Positions 45,201 through 57,983 of a DNA stretch of 60,000 nucleotides are shown piece after piece. Position numbers and translations under genes: made by a program. Each line of letters opens with the position of its first letter. Positions within the stretch are counted from its first letter, which is position 1. Source of the stretch: Callorhinchus milii (lineage: Eukaryota); the NCBI RefSeq assembly GCF_018977255.1, contig NW_024704742.1:118546001-118606000 (forward strand). The letters are read 5' to 3'. The notes beneath the pieces were generated by a model. It was not told where the DNA came from, ran no database searches, and was given only the letters and a program-made list of their open reading frames with translations.

Positions 45201-48200
45201 ACTTTGTTTTTTATAAATGCTTTCAAATATTAAACATACTGTAAACAAATGATTATCTTCAGTAACACAGTGATTTTTAAGCTTGGTGGAAATCGTTTTC
45301 GTTCTGACTTTTGTTAGATATTATTCACTATTTTAATTTTTTCCCCGATTTTATTGGGGTGAGGGGGTCACCACAAAAATGTCTGACTTCCAGGTGGTTG
45401 TGCTGCCACTTGTGTCACTTCCTGCACATGCACACTCTGCTCCTAATCATCTCCCTGAAGCACTTTGAGACGTCCTCCCAACATTCTAGGCGCTATATGA
45501 ACATGAATTATCAATGTTGTCGTTAGGAATAACCTGACGAACTGGATGTTGACCATTTTCATCACAAAAATTGATTTTTATCCATGAAAATGTATTTTGC
45601 ATCAGATTGCAGAATGTCGCAAACAGCAAAGAATATCAATGTTTTTACCGATCAAATCCAGGCAGGTTTATATAATGGATATAGTATAAACTGTATTACA
45701 TATAGAAAGCATGATCAGTGCAGGAGTGGGTGACATGTTTTATAAAAATAACCTTTTTTTAATTTTGCCATTTGAGAAATCTGGGACTACGTAGCATTGT
45801 TCAGAGATTGATGAGAAATGCAATGATTTGTAGGAATAAATCGTCAATAATTGACAGTAGACAAATTTGATCTTTTATCTATAACCTGAAAGCATTTTAA
45901 GAAAAATGTCTGGTTGATCAGAGTATCTAGGTGATTATTAATTGGCATCCCCATTGACAAAAACAAACACCACAGTTATCAATGTACTGCATTAATGCAG
46001 TAAACTTCCACTTTTGTAATATCTTTTGGTCTGAAGGTTATGGGTCAAGCTGAGTTCTGACTCTTGAGCTCATAGAAGAGGTTGACACTCCATTGCTGTG
46101 CTGTGGGAAGTGAGGACTTCTAGATAATACGTTAAACCAAGGTCCATGGCACGATTGGAAAAGATAAGGGAGTTTCCTCTGGTGTCCTGGGCAACAATCC
46201 CCCAGATTCTTTGGTTATTTGACTCATGGTTGTTTAGGGGACCTCATTTTGTTTGCCTTCAAAAAACACAGTTGACAGTAATTGCTTGTGCTAAAAATGC
46301 AACTTTTTTTCTTGTTAAATGTTATGATAAATTCTGTTTCATTGTGGGAATTAAAAGAGTTTGTCAGAAATACATCCCAGCATGCGGCTAAATACAATAA
46401 GTGCAGTTCAGGTTGATGTATACAAGAGTCGGAGCAAATTAAATTCCAGAATTTAAGATTGAATTTTGAGTGACTTAGATTAAACACTTATGCACAAGCA
46501 GCACTGAGCATGTCATTTTTACATCACTGTTCTCTTGGTTGCTGTTACAGTTGCTTATGCATTCGTAACAGTACTGACCTGTGCTTAATTTGTTCCATAT
46601 TTCCATTCAGAATCCATTCAGTTGCCCTTATTAAAATAAAGTAAATCTTCTTACAACCTTCAATTTTAAACTGCCCACCACAGACTTGCTCATTTCTGCA
46701 ATCATTTACAGTTCAACAATCTTTGAAAGTACTGAACTGGATTGCGGTGCAGTTGAGTTTAGTTCCTGTTAATGTTTTGGTGGCACAGATCACAAAGAAC
46801 AGACCTGTGTTTTCTTACACAAAATATACATTTCACCCATAAAATATGCAGTTTACAGTATATTCTGTGAAACACTTTGAGAAGGCTCAAAGACATGATA
46901 AGGCGCAATATCAAATGCAAGGATTATTATTACTACACAAAAGTTAACTCAATCCACTTACACTTTTGGTTGTGTCACTTTTATAAACTGATCGGGGATT
47001 ATATTGAAGGGTTGAGCTATAGTTTTCTCATAATTATTGCAATTAAATTCACCTTTCCTTCTCGATTTCACATCTGCCCAATATGAAAGTTGTATAAAGA
47101 TTTGCACCAGTTCTGCAAGTTTGGAGCTTTTAACTGGTGGATCTAGTTCCCATAAAGAGGCTAAACAGTGATAATGATGAAACAGGAAATCATCTTTTTA
47201 GGCAAACTCAGCACATTTTTGCATCTTTATTTTTTGCATCTTTTTCAATACATTTTTCAAAGCTAGGAATACCTGTTGAAAATTTAGGATATATTATACA
47301 AACCTTTTAAAATTAAAACCTGCTCATTGATAAGATTTGGGAACAATAAACATGTGAGCTCTGGAAAATGGTAGCACTATAAATAAAACAAACAAGTTAT
47401 CTCCAAAAGGAATTGTCCCCAATACATAAACCTCAATGATACCAGTGTAATGCATTCAGTAAATTATTATATCAAATGGATAGAATTTAGAGTTTAAAAA
47501 TTGATGTAAAAATCAAACATAACTTCAATCAATGCAATGTATTGCTGTATTAACGATTAGCATGGTTAAACAACAACAACTTACAGTGCACTTCACATGG
47601 ATAGATTCATGGAGCGCTTTATAAAAGATTAAAGGGATTGAAATGGAATAAGGCTCTCAATGTATTGAATAAACTGCATGATAATCCGTATATTCAAAAG
47701 TAGTTTTATTTTCACTTCGCAAAATCTAACCTTTTTAGGGAAGGGATAGAAGAAAAGAGGTAATGGCGGGGAAATGAGGAGACTGGGAAAATAACATGAA
47801 TTTTATTGCGTATATACCACAGAATGCTCATTAGTAATTGACTTATTTTTTAATCCTATTGTTTGACAAATAATTGAAAAGCATCAGTGAAATTGTGATA
47901 GAGGATGATTGATGCAAGTCTGAGAATCTGATTTATGTTGCACAAATAGGCTATGGTAGAAGCTTGAGAGAAATGAAGCATCAATGAGCTAGAACCTGAA
48001 CTTCAAGCGGGATGTAATTCTTATTCCATTGGTTCTACTTCTGCTGATATCATCAATCCACAATATTTGTTTTGTGCTTTAGAATCAAGTGCAAGTGCAA
48101 ATCATTGCGTTTAAGAACGTTTGTTTTAGATATTCTCTCTAAATTTCAAATAATAAATAAATGCCATTTAGTATAATGCAAGGACTTTTTTTCATGACTT

Positions 48201-51200
48201 CTGCAAAATATTTAATGAAAGTAACATCCCAGCTAGTAGATACACTGAAAGCTGGCAATTCAGAAGCTTCACTCACTGGGTAATAGAGACGGCTCATTTT
48301 TAATTATTGCTTTGAGATGCCAAAATGTGGATATTTCATAGAAAACATGAAATAGGATAGTCCCAAATTATATCATTTATAAAACATTTTTGCAAATGAC
48401 AAACATTCTGAGTCCTAAAAAAAAGAAAACTGATTGAATATCGTCCATTTATTGGCTAATGCATCACTAAGATTTTGAGGCATGGGTAGTATTTCTGCAC
48501 AAAATCAATCCTGTTTAACCAGGTTGACTGTGTTTATTCATGGAATGCTGTACATTGATGGTCTTTTCTAGTTACTCTGCTCTAACTTTATGTTCTAGGT
48601 TATACAGCACAATTTACAAATGTTTTTAGCACCTGTGTTTTGCTGAAGTGCACAAAGGACTAATTTTCTTTTGACTTGTCATAATTTGACACACAAACCC
48701 ATTCTCTAGCAGAATATTCTGCGATTGTCATGCTGTATCCAAAGATGGTTTGTCCACTTGGGAAATATTCCTTCTTTGACATTTTAATTACAAATGTATT
48801 ACCCAGATGTTTTCATCCCACTTGTGTTATTTATGCCATACTGTTGGATTTTTGTTTTGTACTCCTGTAATTATACTGTTCCAGAGCTTTGAAACAGCGA
48901 AAAATAGGCAAAATATTTCTTCATACTTGGGAATAATATGAAGCTCTCAGCAATGTATTTAAAATGGTACAACTGTTTGGCATTTAAAATCTGATGTTGC
49001 TTTTCATGATCTATTAACACCTGGGCACATTCTGTCTGGCTAAGTAGGTTTGTAGGAGACAGGAGCAAGGCTTGGCTGGATTTTAGAAGGTGATCTGTGG
49101 TATCTAAATCCAGATATTGAAGTTTTGTGATGCAAAATAAAATTTAGCTGATAACTAGATCTTAAAGGCACTGACTTGGCATCAGCCCTATTTAACAAGC
49201 ATGCACTTGTATTATAATGAAGTAATTGTGTTAGTAAAAACTATTTGTAGAAACAAACCATCGAGTTCATTAAAAGGGTTTCAGGTAAGACTCCTTTGTG
49301 CGTTCCAATAGTGAGGATCCAATTTTGTGTTACACTCCGACATTGAACTGCAGAAAATGTAAAAAGAATGGGTCAAAGTTTATTTTTCTCTGAAAGTTCA
49401 AATGCTTTTCACTTTCTTCACGGAGACCAACCTCATGCTGATCGCTTTTAGGTCAAGCCATTCAAATAGCGTGGGCTTTATGCAATTAATGGTAAACTGA
49501 GACCAGCGCAAGATTTGCTTGTAACTCTTTAGCACGGTCTTCACAATCTGGCAATAAGTTGAAACACGTGTCATCTGAAATCCTTACTGATTCACAGCTT
49601 CTGACTGACTGAGTAAAAATCCCATCTCATAATCAAAAACTGCAGTTGATTTACAGAAATCACAAGTTGAGTAGAAACATTGTGTTTAAACATATACAAT
49701 TTTGGAGAGTATCTGGTTATAATCAGACTGGTTGTACATTTGCCTGGGCTAGATCTTTGGAATAATCATATGGTGGATATCATTTGAGACTGAATATACT
49801 TTGTGCTGTTGCACTTTGAAACTCGATTTTGGGTTCACTTTGTGTCATCTTTGGAAGAAAAATTGGGTGTTAAGCATTTAAGGAAGGGAACGTGAATTTT
49901 GATAAAAGCATTGCAGTGAGTAAATAAAAGAGCTTACTGCACCAGCTGTTTTGGTGTTGAACAAAGAAGATTAATATGTTTGGATTAAAATGCAATGAAA
50001 TTTTAGTTTTTTAAAAATATATATAATTGCATGCTTGAACAATCTTACACAGCAGCCTGATATTCTCCCATTGGGTCAGCTGATCGACCATTAAAGGAAC
50101 ATGATCCCTAAACATGAATTTGTAAACAGAATAGTTAAGATCCCATTATAAAGGGTTAGGCCATATTTTAGTACATTCCCACAAAATTGTACATGAAGAA
50201 AGAATATTTCATTGGCACTTTTTGCACTCTTGACTTAAATCAATTGTTAACCTGTTAATTGTTATTGTGTACTTAGGTTACAAAGAAACATTTAGTCCTA
50301 TTTCCAGCAACAGTTGGCCCACATGCCCTATGATATTTTACTCCTTTAATAAACGTATTTGTCTTCAGAGAACTTTGGAACAGCCAACTGTGTTCTTAAG
50401 GCATCCTTAATGTTCAAACTATTTTATTGCAGTGATTTAGTTACAACAATAACAACTTATGTTTATATAGTGCTCTTTGCAGGGGTAGCGTCTCGGAGCA
50501 CATAGTTATCACTGAAATTGTGAATAATAAATTAATAAATTGGTTGTTATTTAGATATAAAGCCTGTTTCTCTTCTCAGTGTTCTAGGTTGCTGGGGCTG
50601 CGGAGGTAGGTGTGCTCTTCTGTTCCTCCCTGGTGTGTTTTTGTGTTTACAACAACAACAAGATTCCATTTATAGAGCGCCTTTCACGTCGGGAGGACGT
50701 CCCAAGGCGCTGCAAATGTGTTCATAGCGAACCTGTTGATGATGTTGAGGTTTAAAATACGTAGCACAGACTTTTGAGAAGACTACTGAAAACACGGATA
50801 GTGTTGGAGCAGAGTTCCTGTTGGCCATGTGATGTGACTGAGCAGAGTGCCCATTAGCCACTTGGCATCACTATTAAGAAATCCAATTAGAGACGAGATG
50901 GCCAGGTTTTAAACCCCTTGTGTTCCCATGACATTCTGAAAGCAAAGATGGAGAACACTTCCCAGTTTTACCTTTTTAGATAGAACCTTTATGTTACTTT
51001 TGCAAAGTATGTTCTTTATAGAGCAATGAAGCCTCCGCGTGTAAAATATTCCTGTGGCGTGCTTATGATTCTTCAGTTTGCAATATTGTTTATAAAAAAA
51101 TGAGATTATTTCCTTCACCAGGCAATCGGAAGCTGTAGGTTTTTATTGGAGCCAGAATTGAAATGAAGACCTTGCTTAGGCACAGCCTGATCAGTGGGGG

Positions 51201-51740
51201 TTTGTAAAGGGAGGGAGGGAGGGGGGGGAGAAAAGACTGACAAGAATTGGCCTTGTGCAATATTTTAAATACACTAAACACTAGCACAATGTTTTAATGT
51301 TATGGTATATAACATCATGCTTAACATGTAGATTGAATTCTGAACAGTTATAATTACAACATCTGCAATGCACAACACAATTGCTTTTAATAATTCAGAA
51401 AAATAAAGTATTTATTGAGCAATATAATAAGTATAAAGTGAACTTTTAAACTTAAGCAAGCATTTATATTAGCAATATTATGAAATGTAAAATATCTGCT
51501 GTGACTGTTTGCCTTTGTTTCTGCCTGTTTTTATTTAGCTTCATTGTATCCTGAAGAATGATCTGACTTCTGTCATTTAATCTTGTTTTTTTTCTTAATT
51601 TTTACTGACGTGTTTGAGGTACAAAGGCCTCACAAAAAGTACACAGTCACCTCTTTTAACACCGTATTCACAATTTTGGTGCTGAAATAAATTACTTTTG
51701 TTTCATTCAATAAAGTATGATATTTAATTTATTTTGTGCT
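42257..51740 (+). other. JMY: Putative long JMY 3' UTR
   Basis: AT-rich and markedly depleted of the LINE/SINE bodies that fill the introns. Ends at paired AATAAA signals followed by a T/GT-rich tract. Extent is inferred; no transcript data. Confidence 0.5.
50648..50713 (-). mobile_element. Very short L2 3' tail insertion
   Basis: aacaacaacaagattccatttatagagcgcctttcacgtcgggaggacgtcccaaggcgct, nearly identical to the reverse complement of 13499-13560. Confidence 0.9.
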
Positions 51741-51750
51741 TTTTTTTCTC
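51686..51750 (+). terminator. Candidate polyadenylation site
   Basis: AATAAA at 51686-51691 and 51709-51714, followed by ttttgtgctttttttt. Repeat density rises soon after. Another AATAAA lies at 51402-51407. Confidence 0.5.
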
Positions 51751-51982
51751 TGCGTCTGATTATAAGATTGTGCGGCTGAAAATGCAATAAGCACAAAATG
51801 GATTTGAGTTGCTAATTACCACCTCTGAATTGTGAGAACCACAATTTTTCCTCTCTGATGACTCGCGTTCCACAATTGTTTTCACGTATTGAAAGTCTGT
51901 TATCCACAAAAAGGCCATTGTAAATTTGATCAGATTTGCAAACATCACATTTTTAACCCAGTTATCATTGCTCATCTCCTGG

Positions 51983-51996
51983 CCTGTAGATGGCGC
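51983..51996 (+). promoter_or_regulatory. Candidate CTCF motif just 3' of the predicted poly(A) site
   Basis: CCTGTAGATGGCGC; a weaker GCCACAGATGGTGC at 52089-52102. Motif match only. Confidence 0.4.
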
Positions 51997-54539
51997 ATAT
52001 GCCTGTTCCTGAACATTTACGTTAAGGGTTCAACTCTCACCAGTAACACACAACAAACCACTTAACCAGGATTTAGTTAAACCTGACAGCCACAGATGGT
52101 GCATTTGCACTATCCCTGTTGTGATATGTTATTTTAGGAAATGGGGTGGAGGAGTAATAGACAATCAATATAATTGCAGCCCTGTGGTGTAATATGGAAT
52201 TTAATTGAATTGGGTCAATGGTTATTGACATGAAACGGGAGTATTACAGTATTCTGTACAAATGTAAACCACTGATTGTTATAGAGTGATTATTTCGAGC
52301 TTGATGCTGTGATGGGCGGATAGGGGGGTGGGTGTTCTGGAAGAATGAGATTGGATGGACTAAAGGGCCTTCTTCATAAAAAACAATCTTGGGATCTGCG
52401 ACCTGCAGCTTTAGGCACCCCGTTCTGGGTAACATAAAAGCAACAGAAAAGGGATTTAAGTTATGACTTCTGAGAAGTTGTGGCTTTTTTCACTTCACCT
52501 GAGGTTAAAACTTGACCTGACGGAAGGGTCAATTTTCTGAAGGGTTACGATTGGGTAAATAGAATTAGATTATTATTTCTAATGGTTGGTGAGTCGGTAA
52601 TGAGAGAGTAGGAATTTAAGATAATCACAAACAACATTAAAAGGAGAAGTTAGATAAGATTTCTGTGCACAGAGGGAGGTTGGAATATGAAATTCTCTGC
52701 CACAAACTTGAGGCAGAATTCATCAATTATTATAAAAGGGAATTAGATGGAATCTTGAAAAATTTATATTAAATTGTATGGAAATATTAAAAGAGGAGAG
52801 AAGAATTAGATCAGGGGGCTCAGTGGAGAAACACCATTGAGGATTAGATGAGCCAAATAGTCCGTGATTATCCTATGATATTACTCTAGTTGGAAGGACG
52901 TCTCAAAGTGCTTCAAACAACTGCTGGGACTCCCGAGTTCGGATGAAATCTGGAGTATTGTTGGCCAAGGAACAAAAAGAAACTCTTCAGATAGTCCGTG
53001 GATCTTTATGGGATTGGGATTTAAAGTGAGAGGAGGGAGGGATTGGTGTAAGTATTGGTCTAACTATATTGTAAATATTTCAGGAGAAAAACAAGCTCTA
53101 TTGGACATGAAACAAGCATTTTTGTTTGCACATGTGCAATGGATAGGCAACCAATAATAACTGGTTTAAGTACCTAGAATTGGACACTCAATAAATAAAA
53201 TGCAGTAGGGTCACAATACATTTTATCCCAACCTATAACAGTTGTGCAATTCTGATACATTTAACCAACATAACAGAACCTATAAGTTGGATTTAGACCA
53301 GACTGGACTGAACATTGAGTGTTTGAAACTGGAGTAATCTCACTGCAATTGTTAGAAAAATTATGCTCAAAGAGTGTGTCAGTAAATCTATACAGCGAGC
53401 CAAAGTCCAGGAGCACATATTCAGTCAGTCAGCCCATTCAGTCACAAGGGGATAATATTGCCAACAATCCCCGGATAAAATTGTGCCTGTTTGTGGGGCA
53501 TTGCTGTGTGCAAATTGGCTGCCTTGATCGCTCACAAAATATAGCCACTGCATTCTACACTGCATTATGTGAAGCGCTTTTGAGACATTTTGATGCCTCA
53601 AGGTGCAAAATCTAATCAATAATTATAATATAATTCATAATATGTAATATAACTGGATATCAGTATTGTGAACATTCCTTTGCCTCTGAGTCGAACTGCT
53701 AAACTGTATCTTGCAATGTTTCCACAGAAGAATCAAGATAGCTTCTGATAGCTTTTGTCAAAAGTGAAAATAAAAACTATTCAGAGATGGTATCATGTTC
53801 TCACTCATTCCCCCTCCCAAAAGCCACAGAGTCTTACTATATGATTGTGAAAAAAACACAGCTCGATGTAGTTATGTAGTTATGTAATAATATGAAACTC
53901 TTGCATGGTGAGCCTCAGGCTTATTTCCATGAAATTTCTATATTTCTATGTGGAATGCAAACCTTTGATGCCCACACTGCAAGTGAATTGACTTGATTAT
54001 CTGCAGGCCAGTTGCCAATCTTACATTTCCCTTTTAAAGGAAGGAAATCATGTCCCTTAGATTCAAAATGGGCCAGAAGACTGAATCCTAGAACTTTACT
54101 GTTGCGAAGGTTTCCTGATGTGATAGTACTCTTTCCATAGATACCATAATCGGTTATTTCTGCACTTTGCTGGTTCCGCTCTACACGCTGGTCTTTACTT
54201 AGAGGGTAATTAACGACTGGATTAGGTTACCAGAAAAGGTGACTGAGGCCAGCAAACTGGGCTCATTTGAAAAGCAGTTTGATGCTGTGATGGGCAGATG
54301 GTAGGGAGGTGTTCCAAATAATTTTTGGTCAGCCAGGTGTCATGCGGAAACCCATCACCATGCTTAAGAGGATCCAAATCAAAATGAGAATTCCACGATC
54401 CCACCTGCCAGTGTTCTAAAAGAAAGAGATCAGATGGGAACAAAGAGCCTTCTTCACCCAAACTAATATTGTGATCTTGTGACTGTCCAAAACAACAACT
54501 TTACATTTATATAGCATTGTTCACATTGGGAGGACATCT

Positions 54540-55515
54540 CACAACAACAACAAAATACAACAAAAACAACAAAAATACATTTATAGAGCGCCTTTCACGT
54601 CAGGAGGACATCTTAAAGCGCTGGACAGTCAGGGGTCGGGGCCTGAGCATGGGGGAGGGGTGGGGTAGGGGGAGGAAAGGCAGAGAGGTGGGTGGGAAAC
54701 TGAAGGCACGATCGAAAAGAAGCGTCTTGAGACAGGCCTTGAAGGAGGCAAGGGAGGAAGTGAGGTGAAGGGACTGTGGGATGGAATTCCAGAGTGTGGG
54801 GGCAGAGAGGCTGAAAGCCCGGCCACCAACGGTAGGGCGGATTAGGCCGGAGACATGGAGCAGGCCAGAACCCGCTGAAAGGAGCGAGCGGGCAGGTTGG
54901 TAGGGAGTCAGCAGGTCAGAGAGGTAGGAGGGGGCAAGGCCATGGATGGCCTTGAAAGTGAGGACGAGGATCTTGAATTCGATCCTCTGGGGATGGGGAG
55001 CCAGTGGAGTCGGGTGAGGGTGGGAGTGATGGGATCACGGAACTTGGTGCGTGAGAGTACACGAGCTGCAGAGTTTTGTATGATCTGTAGCTTGTGAAGG
55101 GAAGAATTGGGAAAGCCGATGAAGAGGGAGTGTCTGTAATCGAGTCTTGATGTGATGAATGCGTGGGTGAGGGTTTCGGCAGCCTGAGGGGTGAGGCAGT
55201 GGCGAAATCTGGCAATGTTGCGGTGGTGGTGGTAGTCAGTGCCGGTCATGGCACGGATTGGGGGAGAAAGGACAGTTCAGGGTCAAACAAGACACCCAGG
55301 TTCCTGACTGGCTTAGTGAGGTTGAGCGTACAGCTGTGGAGGCTGATACTGCCAGTGCCCGAGATGCGGGGTGCCACCACCTCCGCAACATTGCCAGACT
55401 CCGCCACTGCCTCACCCCTCAGGCTGCCGAATCCCTCAACCACGCATTCGTCACATCAAGGCTCGATTACGGAAACTCCCTCCTCATCGGCCTTCCCAAC
55501 TCTTCCCTTCACAAG
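54540..55515 (-). mobile_element. L2 LINE 3' fragment with an inverted duplicated segment at its 5' end
   Basis: Minus-strand NIARFRHCL...LHWLPI and tail; 55375-55515 is a plus-orientation copy of 55091-55228. Confidence 0.92.
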
Positions 55516-55934
55516 TGCTATTCGCTGATTGGAAGCCTGAGCTGAGGACAAAAAGGTAATTGAAAGCAAGGTTGAAAGGTTGGTCTTCAAGTGGGATTTA
55601 AAGATGGTGAAGGTTGGGGGGAGATAAAGGTTTAATATACTTCCTAGCATTTTTACTATTCAACAACTTATTTTATTCAGAAAGTAGCATTGAAATATTG
55701 TAGAAAAAAGAACAGAACTAAAATTTAGCTTGTATTGTTCTGTTATATGAAATTAGGACAGGGCTTCTTATCTCTATTATTATAGACACTTACATGAATT
55801 AATTCAGAATAACATTAATTACAATTTTAGAAACAGGAACAAGTCCATGTATGTTTGGTTGATGGTAACCCCACCTTTCCATCATGTCTCCAAAAACATA
55901 TCCACAGACCTTGTCTCTTGAACTCACTTATATT

Positions 55935-56250
55935 AACATAGGAATTAGTAGCAGGAGTAGGCCATCGAGCCTGCCCCGCCATTCAATAAGATCATGGCTG
56001 ATCTTCTAACCTAACTCCATCTGCCCGCCTTATCCCCATATCCCTTAATCCCTCTATCCTTTATAAACCTATCAATCTCAGTCTTGAATATGTTCAAGGA
56101 GTGAGCATCTATAGCCTTCTGGGGTAGAGAATTCCATAAATTCACTACCCTCTGAGTGAAGAAGTGTTTCCTCAACTCTGTTCGAAAAGGCTGACCCTTA
56201 ATCTTAAGACTGTGACCCCTGGTTATAGATTCTCCCAGCAGGGGGAAATA
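55935..56250 (-). mobile_element. CR1 LINE 3' end (different subfamily)
   Basis: aacataggaattagtagcaggagtaggccatcgagcctgccccgccattcaataagatcatggctgatc, a CR1-type 3' UTR in reverse. Confidence 0.85.
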
Positions 56251-56864
56251 TTGTTTCCATGACCCTCCCTAGTAATATAACACATACATCTATCAATCTG
56301 AGTGTGAAATAATTCTGCTTGAACTCATTATTTACTCCAAACACCCTACAGTTTGAATTATTTTTCACACTTTCTATTACTTTCAGAAGTGTGTGAATAG
56401 TGTCCCTTGCTGAACTTGATCAATTCCTTTTTCATCATAGCTTTGTAAGAATTGGCTGCTGCAGTTGCCTGCAAAATGCACAATGACTGCACTTCACAGT
56501 CCAATCCTGAGAGACGCTTCAGATGTGCCTGGATGATGTGACAAGATTCATAATAATAACAATTTTAATAATCCTTGCATCAAATAGTAATTTGGATTTT
56601 TCTATTAGTTCACCTTGAAGTTTCCTTCCAATGAGAATAAACCCACCTTCCCATAAGATTGACTTCTAAGACTCAATATTATGCTCGTATAAGAAACAGT
56701 GTTCCCATCAGCACCCTTTACCCACTATTATCATATCCCCATATGGTTTGGGATACAGTAACAATATCAACTGTTCTGATGCATATTCTATTTTTAGAGT
56801 AACCATATATTGTGCTAATGGTTTCAATGATTTTACACAGAGCCACCAGATCCCTATCATGATC

Positions 56865-57112
56865 AACAACAACAAATTACCCAGTGTTGCTCCTTTCATG
56901 TTGGTAGGATGTCCCACGGCACTGGACAGTTAGCGATTTGGACCTGAGCTTGGGGTTGGGATCAGGAGGGTAGAGGGAAGGGAGATAGTGGTAGGAGGGT
57001 AGCCAAAGGCACGGTCGAGGAGGAGAGGTTTGAGATGTGGCTTGAAGGAAGGGAGGGAGTGAGGCGAACGGACTGTGGGACGGAGTTTCAAAGGATGGAG
57101 GCAGAGAAGCCT
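56865..57112 (-). mobile_element. L2 LINE 3' end
   Basis: SFKPHLKPLLLDRAFG and (caa)n tail. A similar remnant lies at about 59505-59665. Confidence 0.85.
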
Positions 57113-57340
57113 GCTGAGGGGAGGGAGCAGACGGGTTGATGTTAGCTGAATGATATTTTCATTCAGTGCATACACCCTGTAGTAGTTCCTTGTTTCCACA
57201 TCAATCTTTTTTTCAGTTCAGTGTAATCAAATGTATTTGCCATCTACTGTTAAAGACTCTTTTTTCTCAAAATGTATTACTCTCCTCAATTTCATACTTT
57301 TGCATAGAATCATAGAATTTTACAGCACAGAAGGAGGCGA

Positions 57341-57560
57341 TAATAATAATAATAATAATAATAATAATCCTTGCATTTGATATAGCGCTTTTCACGTCGG
57401 GAGGACGTCCCAAAGCGCTTCACAGAATAGACTGTAAAGTGAATTGACTGTATATTTGTGGGCGAACGCGGCAGCCAATTGCACACAGCAATGTCCCACA
57501 AACAGTCGTAGATTGAAAATGACCAATTTATTATTGTTTTATTTTGGAGGGATTATTATT
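57341..57560 (-). mobile_element. Young SINE 3' part nested in a CR1 3' end
   Basis: Near-identical reverse complement of 21457-21675. CR1 terminus catagaatcatagaattttacagcacagaaggaggc lies to the left and CR1 sequence resumes at about 57985-58160. Confidence 0.92.
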
Positions 57561-57868
57561 ACCCAAAGTGTCACATGTATCAATGCTGTTGGGCTCTGTA
57601 TGAAGCAGAGACTGGATGCTGGTATTTGGGAAGAAAGGAAATCAAATAGCCAATGAGCCATGATGAAGGAATAGATGGATGGAAATATCCTTTTTTTGGT
57701 CAGCCGGGTGCCCGACACGTGCCAAAACCCATCACCATTCTTAAGAGTATCCTAACCGAACTGAGAATTCCACGCAGCCCCCCCTACACATGGAAATCCC
57801 AGAGATAGATTATCGGAATGAAATGCGCACTCTCTCCCTGGAGGGATGCATCCTGTGAACCTAATTCC

Positions 57869-57983
57869 ATTATTATTATGATTATTATTATTATGATTTA
57901 TTATTATGATTCATTATTATTTTTATTATTATTATTTATTATTATTATGATTTATTATTATTATTATTATGATTATTATGATT
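57869..57983. repeat. Imperfect (ATT)n/(ATG) microsatellite
   Basis: About 115 bp of attattattatg-like units. Confidence 0.9.

Noticed and set aside
42483..51975. Numerous 60-90 aa ORFs in the AT-rich 3' region
   Set aside because: Low-complexity composition, no homology recognised and no splice-consistent structure; expected by chance.
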